This document shows, in pieces, positions 36,380 to 47,199 of a DNA stretch of 47,199 nucleotides. This stretch comes from Octopus sinensis. Lineage: Eukaryota. The first letter of the stretch is position 1. Each line of letters begins with the position of its first letter. Below the pieces are notes generated by a model. It saw only the letters and a program-made list of their open reading frames with translations, had not been told where the DNA came from and did not search any database. The translations under genes and the position numbers were made by a program. Where the stretch lies: NCBI RefSeq assembly GCF_006345805.1, contig NW_021835349.1, positions 1-47,199 on the forward strand, written 5' to 3'.

Positions 36380-36681
36380 AAACAATTACAGCGTGGAAGG
36401 TGTTTATAAGCCATTTGAGAAACACACAAAATCGTTTGATTCACTTCAACATTTAAATTTAATTTGTCAAAATATCTTCGTCGCTTTGAGATCGCGACCT
36501 GTTCACTGACAAAACTTAGTGCTGCATCTATTTTATTTTGACAAATTAAATTTAAATGTTGAAGTGAATCTAACGGTTTTGTGGTTTCTTAAATGGCTTT
36601 ATAAACCCTTCCACGCTGCAATTGTTTTCGTTCCAGCCACACGATCTCAGATCAAGTCACTCGCTATGCAGTACATCTCCG
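36380..36681. mobile_element. Head-to-head inverted pair of a short (TA)n-flanked element (family A, Penelope terminal-repeat-like)
   Basis: Arms 36380-36474 and 36534-36627 are reverse complements with scattered mismatches; both outer ends abut (TA)n; the centre holds a hammerhead-like fold. Confidence 0.75.
36463..36513 (-). ncRNA. Minimal type-I hammerhead-like motif with G3-C8 core variant (family A)
   Basis: Minus strand: TTTGTCA GTGAACA G GTCGC GATCTCAAA GCGAC GAAG ATAT T T TGACAAA; 7-bp stem I, 5-bp stem II, near-palindromic stem III. Confidence 0.6.
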
Positions 36682-37017
36682 TATATATATATCGAATATA
36701 TATATTATTATATATATATATATATAGCTTATATATAATATATATATATATATATGTTTGTGTGTGATCTTACACGTTTGAAGGTTTTAGTTGAATAAAT
36801 CGATCTCAATATTTTTATTATGGTTTTGAAGCTTGATCCTTACTCTATCGATCCCGTATACCGAACTAACACCGGTTGCCAAGCAGTGGATGTGGACAAA
36901 CACAAATGCGCGAGCTCGCGCACACACACAGACATGCATATACGACGAGCTTCTTTCACTTTCCGTCTTCCAAGTAAATTAACATGGTCTACTCACGACA
37001 AAACCACACCTGTGCCT

Positions 37018-37262
<245 letters not shown>

Positions 37263-38269
37263 AATATATATACATTTGTGTGTGTAAGTGCGCGCGCGCG
37301 CGCGTGTGTATGCCTCTGGGTTTCCGTATGATTTCCGCTTACAATATTTAATTCAAAAACTTATCACTCACAATATGGGTACGGCGGAAGATAACTGCGA
37401 AAGTTGCTGTGCAGTGGGATCGAAGCTGCAACCAAATGGCTGCAAAGCGAACTTTTAAACTTAAGTCATTCCTGCGCTCATCTGAGCATGAATTTAATAT
37501 TTTTCTGTTAAGCAAATTAAGGATAGGCTATTTATCAAGGATAGGCTATTTATAAATTTCTAATATATATCATTAGTTTGATTAAATGTCATTAGATTTA
37601 TCATTATAGCTAAAATAGCGAAATTATAGCTAAATTTGATAGCTAAAAGCCACAACTCATTAGAGAAGAGTATCACTTTAAAAGACTTCTTTACGCGTAT
37701 CTTTGATATTTTCCCATTAATCAAAGAGTGAATTATTTAAACTGCATTTTCTAATATACGTCGTTAATTCGTATATCTGACCTTAGTTTGATTGCTTAAC
37801 CGGGTAACGGTTTAGAATTATTCAAGTTTTAGCTAAATGATATATTTAAATACAGATTATTCCACATAAAGAGAAGTTTTATGTCGAACTTGTATAACTT
37901 TATTTAGAGTTTAGAATTTTGAAATTCTGTAAACAGAGGAGAAAAGGCACCTCCTATAACTCTGTTCAGGAACTGGCAGGAGGACGTAAGGAAATTATTC
38001 TCATATGGAATAACTGGCGTGAATTTTTGTAATTAAGGGGGTTTTGCTAACGGTATATACGGTCAGGCTGTGATGTCACATCGAACAACGGATTAAATCT
38101 ACCATCCGATCAGAGGGATGGTCACTCTGAAAAACTTTCACACAGATTCCGTCTAACAAATTTCATTCGCAAGAAACTATCTACCTTTGGTAGAAGAGGC
38201 TTGGTTAAGGCAGTGCCCTGTGAGATTGAACCCAAAACCAAAGAAGTTTCTTAACAACATAATTAAAAT

Positions 38270-39292
38270 TGCGACCTAATTTGAATAGAGAAGACATACG
38301 GAATGTTATTTATAAAGTGTTTAGCTGTAAGGACAGAGAGTATTTTTTATGTATTGCGTCTGGAGAGAAGGATATTATATTTGGCTTTTGTAGACTGTTC
38401 GATACCTGCTGGCTTCATAATGTTACTGTTCCGTTAAATTTATTGCAGATCAACATCTTCAGGAAGAGCAGGAAGAAGAGTCCAGAAGAAGATATTTCGA
38501 GTAGAACTGGCTATAAAGGTGAGTGAAGAATCGTGGTGTTGAACGCTTGAAGAATGACGAAGGTGGAAAGTCGAGTGGATCAGGGAGAGCTCACCTGTAG
38601 GTCACAGCCTGTCAGTTAGTGATCAAATTCCCTTTAGTAGAGTAATCTTATCCTGGATACGGGCCAATATATTTCTGTGCATAACAGTAGCAATATTCCA
38701 AATGTACGAACAGTAGTTTTTGTGGACCTCATTTGGGCAATATTAAAATTCAGCAAATGTTGGGTGCTAAAATATTTTCTGGTCCTAAGGAGTAGGGTCG
38801 ATCTTTGGGATGCAGTTATATCTGTGTTAAAATGTGCTTTGCTGGGTAGGTCATCGGTGATTGTAAGTTTCGGTGTTTAGAGCTTATGCAACGATTCTAA
38901 CCGAAACTACACATTTTTAGATGGCTGTATTGTACTGATGTTTTCTTGGTATGAGTAGCGTTTGAGGTTTTTGCAGTTAAAGGGAACAAGGTTCGTATAT
39001 CCTTGTTGAAGAATGCTCATGAGGTTTATGGATATGGAATCAATGAAAATTTGGCGTGTGGTGTGAGGCTGCGTGAGGATGATGTATGTTCAGAGAAAGT
39101 TAGGGAGGAGAAGGGTTGTCATCTTCTTAAGAGTGGGGTTTGTTGATGTGGAAGCAAACAAGTCATTGATGTATAGAATGAAAAGTGGTGTGTGATAAAA
39201 CCGAAACCTGGGCAACATTGGAAGCTGCCGGCCCAAGAAACAGAGAGAGGGAGAGGGAGAGAGAGAGAAAGAGGGAGAGAGAGAGAGAGAAA

Positions 39293-39330
<38 letters not shown>

Positions 39331-39890
39331 CTGAGGGGGAAGTTCGTATTTTGGACTCCCTCCCCTGTTACTGGAAATTTAATTGGAGATTTGAAAGACT
39401 TTGATGATGACTCCTGCAACAACATTGCTTTCATTCCGCTTATCAAAAACAAGAGCCCAATAGTAAATTATTTAATAAATTAAGTCACCTGTGGATCTGA
39501 CTCTGCGGAAGCGGTACTGGTCACTTCGGGGAGGGAAAGAAAAAGAAAGAGAAAAAGGAGAAGAGAGAGAAAGAGAGAGGAAAAAGATAGAATGAGTGAG
39601 ATTCAAATTGTTGGAGAATATCTTTGGTAAGAGCTGTCTCCACTAATTTGAAAATTTAAGAGGTAAGAGCTGTATGACGGCAGTTAGTGTCAGAGGAACA
39701 CCCTTTCTTTGGAATGGGACATATTAAGTGTATTTTAAACATCAGCGTATATCCCCCGTAGAATGCGAGAGGTTGAGTGTCTGGTGAGCAAATTCTGGGA
39801 CGTAACTCTTGAGTATAATGGATGAAAATTTGTCAGCGCCGGTGGCCTTGTTTATTTTGAGATGATCTTATTTTAGATAATAATGTACTG
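38270..39890 (-). pseudogene. Decayed CR1/L2-group LINE reverse transcriptase, interrupted by (GA)n tracts
   Basis: [50 protein letters not shown] at the YADD position, LLRTRKYFSTQHLL...AQMR. Confidence 0.88.
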
Positions 39891-40258
39891 CATATCGCAT
39901 TCATTCCGACCTACATAACACTACCGCCTCATTGCTTTATCTTGTTCTTACAGACTCCTCACCAAACACTTTTTTCTTCTTCGAATATCTGGATATTGAC
40001 TGACAGATGCGTTCGCACGCTCACACGTACACAACCAGATATGCACACATGCACAAACGCACGCTCAAGCACGCATGGACACATCCACACGCAAACACAC
40101 GCTTACAAATACGCTTATAAATACATGTAGCTGGATTTAGTGAACATGCTTCGATATAACCACAAAATTAATATTTCAGAGCAACTAAAGAAATATGTTC
40201 TAATACAGAGTAATATATTTTTCTGCTTTATCAATTAATTGAAAATCTAATAATAATG

Positions 40259-40297
<39 letters not shown>

Positions 40298-40906
40298 CAT
40301 ATAAATTATATATATATATATATATACACATATATATGAATAGTATGTGTATATGTACATATATGTATATACATTTACGTACATATAACGTACATACATA
40401 CATTCATATAATCCTACATATACGCATATATATATATAAATATACATACATATATAAGTATATATGGAATAATATATTATATCTATATCTCTCTCTCTAT
40501 ATTATATTATCTTTCGCTCACTCTCTCTCTCTCTCTCTCTCCTATATATATATATATATAATATATATATATATATGTATTTATATATTATGTATATGTA
40601 AAATAGCTGTATGACTACTGCTGTTGAGTTTAGAGCTCCATGTGATTATAATAATGATGATCCAGTCAGCGTCCAGTAAAGTGGTTAAGCTACTACTATA
40701 CTTGGTAGTATTACTAGTGATATAAAAACAAATAATCACAGTTTATATCATTTCTTGTCGAAATCCGTTTCAACATTGTGGTTATTTGCATTGTGAGTTC
40801 GCAATGCAATGGTTGCTTAACCAAACGGATCATCCGGGGAAGATGTAAGAATATATGCACGCCTATTACACACTGACACTTTCCTCCTTTTGCTGGCCGG
40901 GTTTTG

Positions 40907-40966
40907 TTTGAGTACTCCTTTTTTCTACTTGTTTCGCATTTATGTGCTTACTCCGGTGTATATATA

Positions 40967-41016
<50 letters not shown>

Positions 41017-41170
41017 CGGAGTAAGCACATAAATGCGAAACAAGGTAGAAAAAAGGAGTACTCAAATAACCAGAGGTAGAGTAATATGCTTTATTTAAAA
41101 GCCGTAGAAATATAACAAAACCTGTTACTCAGAGTTTCACGTTCCCGTTCGTCGGTTTTAACAAAACTGT
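40907..41170. mobile_element. Tail-to-tail pair of a short (TA)n-tailed element (family B) forming a long palindrome
   Basis: Arms 40907-40958 and 41014-41066 differ by one indel and flank (TA)n; the right copy continues to a hammerhead-like motif. Confidence 0.75.
41122..41155 (-). ncRNA. Minimal hammerhead-like motif (family B)
   Basis: Minus strand: CCGACGA ACG-GGAA-CGT GAAA CTC-T-GAG TA ACAG; U4 is C and the 5' stem-I strand is not in place in this copy. Confidence 0.55.
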
Positions 41171-41210
41171 TTTAAATAATGTATGTATGTATATATATAT
41201 ATATATATAT

Positions 41211-41548
41211 TCTTTATTCTTTTACTTGATTCAGTCATTTGACTGCAGTCATACAATCGACCTCGGAATTCGCTTTTATTATGCCTAGTACTTATTCTAT
41301 CGGTGTCTTCTGCCGAACCGCGACGTAACGGCGACGTAAACAAACCAGCATCAGTTGTAAAGTAGTGATGGAGGCGGGGGTGGTTACAAACACATACATA
41401 CATACACACGTCAGACCTCTTTCAGTTTCCATTCACCAAATCCACTCACGACTATAGTAGAAGACAGCTGCCCAAGGTATCGCCCATTGGTACTGAACCC
41501 AAACCATGTTATTAAGAAGCAAGCATTTTACCACATAACCACGCCTAT
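41211..41548 (-). mobile_element. SINE family 1, decayed near-full copy
   Basis: Tail (ttcagtcatttgactgc...tagtacttattctatcggt) and head (accaaatccactcac...ccaagg) in reverse complement. Confidence 0.82.
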
Positions 41549-41589
41549 GACTATATATGCTTATATATTTCATGCCTATATATTTCAAT

Positions 41590-41791
41590 ATGTGACCGCG
41601 ATTTTCTTTCTCCGCGATTTTCTTTCTCCGTCTTCCCTCCTTTGGACTTTTTCTATATTTCTGACAAAGAGCTCCGCTCGAAACGTGAAATCCAATTTCT
41701 TTTCTTTCCTTTCCTGAGGGTTCAATAACACTGTACTTATTCCACGTCCTCGCGTTGTTGTGTTTTCTTGCTTGTTCATGTTTGGATTAAC
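41590..41791 (+). mobile_element. Short (TA)n-tailed element family C, copy 1, with hammerhead-like motif at 41657-41691
   Basis: ATTT CTGACAA A GAGC-TCC-GCTC GAAA CG T G AAAT; aligns with 41972-42180; ends ggattaac(TA)n. Confidence 0.75.
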
Positions 41792-41811
41792 TATATATAT
41801 ATATATATCTA

Positions 41812-41966
<155 letters not shown>

Positions 41967-41971
41967 TCAAA

Positions 41972-42180
41972 ATGTGACTGCGTGTGTACCGTTGGCGATT
42001 TTTTTCCCTGTCTTCCCTTCTCTGGATCTTTCCTTCTCCTATGTTTCCGACGAAGAGATCCGCTCGAAACATTAAACCCTCCTTCTTTCCTTCTTTCCTG
42101 AGCGTCCAATAACACTATACTTGTTCCACGTTCTCGCGTTGTTGTGTTTTCTCTTTGTGTTTTCATGTTTGGATTAACTT
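41972..42180 (+). mobile_element. Short (TA)n-tailed element family C, copy 2, with hammerhead-like motif at 42043-42077
   Basis: GTTT CCGACGA A GAGA-TCC-GCTC GAAA CA T T AAAC; direct repeat of copy 1. Confidence 0.75.
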
Positions 42181-42759
42181 TATATATATGTATATATATA
42201 TATATATATATATGTATATAATAATATATGTCTATATCTATATCTATATATCTCTCTCTCTATATATATATATTAATACATGTCTATCTATCTGTCTGTC
42301 TACATGCATTCATGTATGTGCGACAGGAAAACAACCCCCTTCATTGCCCTTCCTTAGTATGGAATTCAAATTATGCATCACTTTTCATCGTGACTTCTTC
42401 ACTCATGCAATATCAAAATAACTCGCTTGTTAGTTTAACTACTTTCTATGAATACATGGAAATATAAGGCCAAGGAAAATATAAGACCAAAAGAACGAAA
42501 GAGAAGAGAAGAGAGGGAAAGAGAGAAAAAGAGAAAGAGAGGGAGAGAGAAAGAAAGAAATAGAGAAATAAAGAGAGATAGAGAGAGAGAGAGCGAGTGA
42601 GAGAGTCAGGGAAGAACAGAGTGTTAGAGAACGGATAATTTTATTCAAATGGGGTTGGCAGATGGTCATTCATTCTCCTAAATATAGCAGCTAAATAATA
42701 ATTCTTGAAAGATGCAACATGTTTCTTTAAGATAAAGAATATATATATATATATATATA

Positions 42760-42803
<44 letters not shown>

Positions 42804-42821
42804 CGTGTGCGTGTGTGCTGC

Positions 42822-43230
42822 GTGGGTGTGTGGTAGGAAACATGCTTCCCAACTGCACGGATCCGGGTTTAGTCTTACTGTGCGGCACCATGGGCAAGTG
42901 TCTTCTACTATAGCCTTGGGCCGACCAAAGCCTTGAGTAGATTTTGTAGACGAAACTGAAAGAAGCCCGTCGTGTGTGTGTATATATATATGTTGTGTGT
43001 ATGTGTGTGTGTGTGTGTGTATGTGTGTGTGTGTGTGTCTTTGTGTGTGTGTTCGTCATCCTATCACCGCTTGACTCGACCGGTGTTGGTGTTACGTCCG
43101 AAAACCGATCGAACAACTGTTAGGCTTCAAAAATATCCCTGGGGGTTGATTTGTTCGACTAAAACCCATTTAAGGCTGTGCTCCAGCATGCCGCAGTCAA
43201 ATGACTGAAACAAATAAAGAATAAAAGAAT
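42822..43230 (+). mobile_element. SINE family 1, indel-rich copy
   Basis: Head, central (TG)n tract and tail all recognisable. Confidence 0.82.
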
Positions 43231-43449
43231 ACCTACATAATTACACACATAACCACGCGCAGATATTCATACACACTCGCACACACTTACACACACACAC
43301 ATAAATACATGCATAATAAGTACACACGCACTCGCATATGCATGCGCGTGTGTGTGTGTGCGGGTGTGGTGTATGCGTGTGTATGTAAGTATACATTTGT
43401 GCGTACTTCCATGCACATAAAAATGCACATACATACGCATAAATCTAGG

Positions 43450-43496
43450 TCTATATATATATATATATATATAAATATATACATATATATACATAC

Positions 43497-43548
<52 letters not shown>

Positions 43549-43571
43549 TATGCTATGTATATATATATATG

Positions 43572-43665
<94 letters not shown>

Positions 43666-43894
43666 ATATCTATGTATATATGTATGTATGTATATATGTA
43701 TTGTATGTATATATACACACACCATAATATAGTATTGCAGCACATTTAGTCATATTACATCTGTATGTCGATCACTCAACAATGTCTGCGGTTTGTACGT
43801 GCGTATTTGTACATGTATGTGTGTGTGAGTGAATATTTATACATATATGATATATATTCATATATATTATATATACATCAATAATACTCACACG

Positions 43895-43965
<71 letters not shown>

Positions 43966-44050
43966 CAACGCATATATATATAACATATTGTTAAAATATA
44001 TATATATATGTATATGTACGTATGTATGTATGTATTATCTTTGTGTATAG
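43450..44050. repeat. (TA)n-dominated microsatellite field
   Basis: Direct reading. Confidence 0.92.
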
Positions 44051-44334
44051 TATATACACTGGTCTTTCTTGTTTCTTTTGATTTGAAATGTTTAAATATA
44101 CATTTGGTGACAGTGTGATGAAAGAAAATGACTAATTAGCTATATAATTTCAGAGGGGGGAGGGGTGAATGTACTATTATTGATTATTGGTTATTGAACA
44201 GTATAAGGAAGTTACTAATTTGGATACTTTTATCAGATTACCTAGCCAACAAAAATCTATAATTTTCTAGTTGATTCACACCCACTTATTTTTTATGTAA
44301 GTGGGGGAAAAACATGCGTATAAAAATGTGAATA

Positions 44335-44399
44335 TTTTATTATTGTTATTGTTATTGCTGTTGTTGTTGCTGTCGTTATTATTATTATTATTATTATTA

Positions 44400-44438
<39 letters not shown>

Positions 44439-44498
44439 GTTATTATTATTATTATTGTATTATTATTATTATTATTATTATTATTGTTATTATTGTTC

Positions 44499-44536
<38 letters not shown>

Positions 44537-44551
44537 TTATTATTATTATTA

Positions 44552-44588
<37 letters not shown>

Positions 44589-44824
44589 TTATTGTTATTA
44601 TATTATTATTGTTTTATTATTATTATTATTATTATTATTGTTATTATTGTTATTATTATTATTATTATATTATTATATTATTATTATTATTGTTATTATT
44701 GTTGTTGTTGTTGCTGCTATTATTTATTATTATTATTATTGTTATTATTATTATTGTTGTCATCATCATCATCATCATCATCATCCTCATCATCATTCTT
44801 ATTATTATTATTATTATTATTATC

Positions 44825-44856
<32 letters not shown>

Positions 44857-45327
44857 TTTATATTATTATTATTATTAAATTATTGTTGTTGTTGTTGTTA
44901 TTCATTTTAGTTTTTTTTTTCTGTGTAATGTCTACTGAATCAAATCGATGCAAATAAATTTCTGTTGAAGTATATATATAATCAATAATATGTTGTGGTC
45001 AACATCAATGTCGTCATCATCATCAGCATAATCATCATCGTCATCGTCACCATCGGTATTGTCGCCATCGCTACCACAACCCTTGTCGTTGTGTTCTTGC
45101 TATCGTCGTCGTCTTCGTCGTCGTCCTCGTCGTCGTATCATCATGATCCCCATCATCCTTCCTCGGCACCAGTACCAGCATACCCCACCACCACCACCAT
45201 CACTACCATCCTGTTCCTGCTCCTCATTATCATCATCATCGTCATCGTCATCGTCACCATCTTCACCACCATCACCACCACCCCTACCTCCTCCTCCACC
45301 ACCACCACCACCACCACCACCACCACC

Positions 45328-45359
<32 letters not shown>

Positions 45360-45418
45360 CAATACTAGAAGACGAGCACGACGTCGATGATAACGGCGAC
45401 GACGACCACAGTTTCATC

Positions 45419-45451
<33 letters not shown>

Positions 45452-45495
45452 ATAATCATCGCAATCATCGCCACATCATCATCATCATCATCATC
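44335..45495. repeat. (ATT)n, (CAT)n, (CGT)n and (ACC)n trinucleotide fields
   Basis: Direct reading; source of poly-L/I/Y/T/P pseudo-ORFs. Confidence 0.93.
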
Positions 45496-46115
45496 TCATT
45501 ATCGTGGCCCTGTCATCGTCCTTGCTATAATCGTTGTAAATGCCATATTGAGGTTTTGAACAATAAATGGTTATGAGGGAACCAACGCAGCGAGACTGCA
45601 ATAAAACAAAATATAACAAACAATATACATACATATATATATATATATATATATCTATATATATATATATATATATATATTAATATATATATATATATAT
45701 TATTACCGTAACGAAACACAACACAAGAACAATCTGATAATTGGCAACTTTGTTAATTAGAGATTTTTATAGGAAGTTACTTGCAGTAATGAGGAAGGAG
45801 AGAATATGTGTATGAATGTGTGTTTATGTGTACACATACACAGACTCAAACAGATCATACACTCACACACATACACACACATATACACACATAGATGCAG
45901 ATGCATACACACATACACACGTATATATTTACACATATATATTACATGTTTGCGTACATATGCATAAATATATACAGAGATTGAAAATGAGAGCAGGAAA
46001 GAGGAAATGACACAGTGAGAAGCGAGTGAGTGAGGGATATATATATATATAGGGAGAGAGAGAGAGAGAGAGGGAGATAGATAGAGAGAGAGAGACGAAG
46101 AGAGAGAGAGAGAGA

Positions 46116-46156
<41 letters not shown>

Positions 46157-46316
46157 TATGTCTGTATTAGTGAGAATCTTAATATAAGCTATGAAAACGT
46201 CATAATGTGTTTATGTATGTTTGAATGTGTGTGTGTGTGCGTGTGTGAGAGAAGGTGGCGGAGAAGTAATGAAAAAAGTGAAAAAGTGAGAGAGAAAGAT
46301 AGATAAATAGATAAAT

Positions 46317-46360
<44 letters not shown>

Positions 46361-46699
46361 CGAGAGAGAAAAGACAAATAAAAACGAGAAAGTATAGGGA
46401 AAGAATAGAAAGGGAGTGACAGGAACAAAATTAAAGTTATACATGCATATAAGTACAGTTTTGTATCTATGTACATTTATTAATTTAAGAATGTATATAC
46501 GTAGGTATAGTATGAATGTATTTAAGTAGTATTGTTATGTGTGTATGTTACGAACGTATGTAAAAATGTATATTAGGTATAATGTTAGTGTGATTGTAAT
46601 TTACGCATTTATATATTTATACTATGGATGTATAAATGTATACACTTATGTATGTGTATATATGTATTACGTATGTTTATGTGTGCGTATGTATGATCT

Positions 46700-47199
46700 C
46701 TTTTACTTTTAATTATTTGAAATCTCCTTTGAGAAAGGAGATGGCTTCTAACAAAGATACAAAGCTCTATATTCGCGGAATGTAAATAAAAACAATGTCA
46801 CATTTTAAACTTGAGAAAAGTCTTGTATATTTTTACTGTTCCACTTACAAATTGTATTTATACAAACGATTTACTTGGTTGATTTATTTTTCTGAAAACT
46901 CTAGCCTTTGTAGATTGTCACTTGAGCATTTTTCACAAAACCAAGTGCACGAATTATTATTGGTGTAAATGTGAATTTATAAACGGGATATAGAAGCTGT
47001 AAGTTTTGGAGCAGTTTTCTAAGTTATTCACACTGTCTTTCATTTTTAATGAGATATTCATATTAGCAAGCCAGCTGACTTCTATGACGGTACGTTATTT
47101 TTCTTGTCTGCCCCAGACAACAATATCCGGCCTGTTATGTTTACACTCGACAGAAATTTTGATGGGAATGTTAAACCAATATTCCTTGTGCTCATGCTT
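46700..47199 (-). pseudogene. RLE endonuclease domain and 3' end of a third RLE-type non-LTR retrotransposon, continuing beyond the window
   Basis: Minus strand: EYWFNIPIKISVECKHNRPDIVVWGRQEK*RTVIEVSW.ANMNISLK, then (frameshifted) LLQNLQLLYPVYKFTFTPIIIRALGFV; absent from the ORF track because of internal stops. Confidence 0.88.

Overview
AT-rich, repeat-saturated eukaryotic non-coding DNA. The SINE families, microsatellite load and retroelement set look cephalopod (Octopus-like); this is pattern recognition, not a database hit. I can support no host-gene exon, rRNA, true tRNA or CRISPR array, and nearly all ORFs in the supplied track are microsatellite read-throughs. Supportable content: four tRNA-derived SINE families; decayed non-LTR retrotransposons (three separate RLE-endonuclease fragments, one RTE-type RT, one CR1/L2-type RT, one Penelope GIY-YIG domain); two mariner relics; three copies of a non-autonomous Helitron; and two copies of a Merlin-like MITE with 8-bp TSDs. 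The most interesting signal is a group of short elements abutting (TA)n tracts that carry minimal type-I hammerhead-ribozyme-like folds. These include a tandem same-strand pair with a compensatory stem-I change (41657-41691, 42043-42077), a motif whose C3-G8 core pair is swapped to G3-C8 (36463-36513, minus), and two further degenerate motifs. Two of them sit in fold-back structures. All folds were derived by eye, and every individual copy has at least one lesion, so activity is claimed only as a hypothesis for the family consensus.
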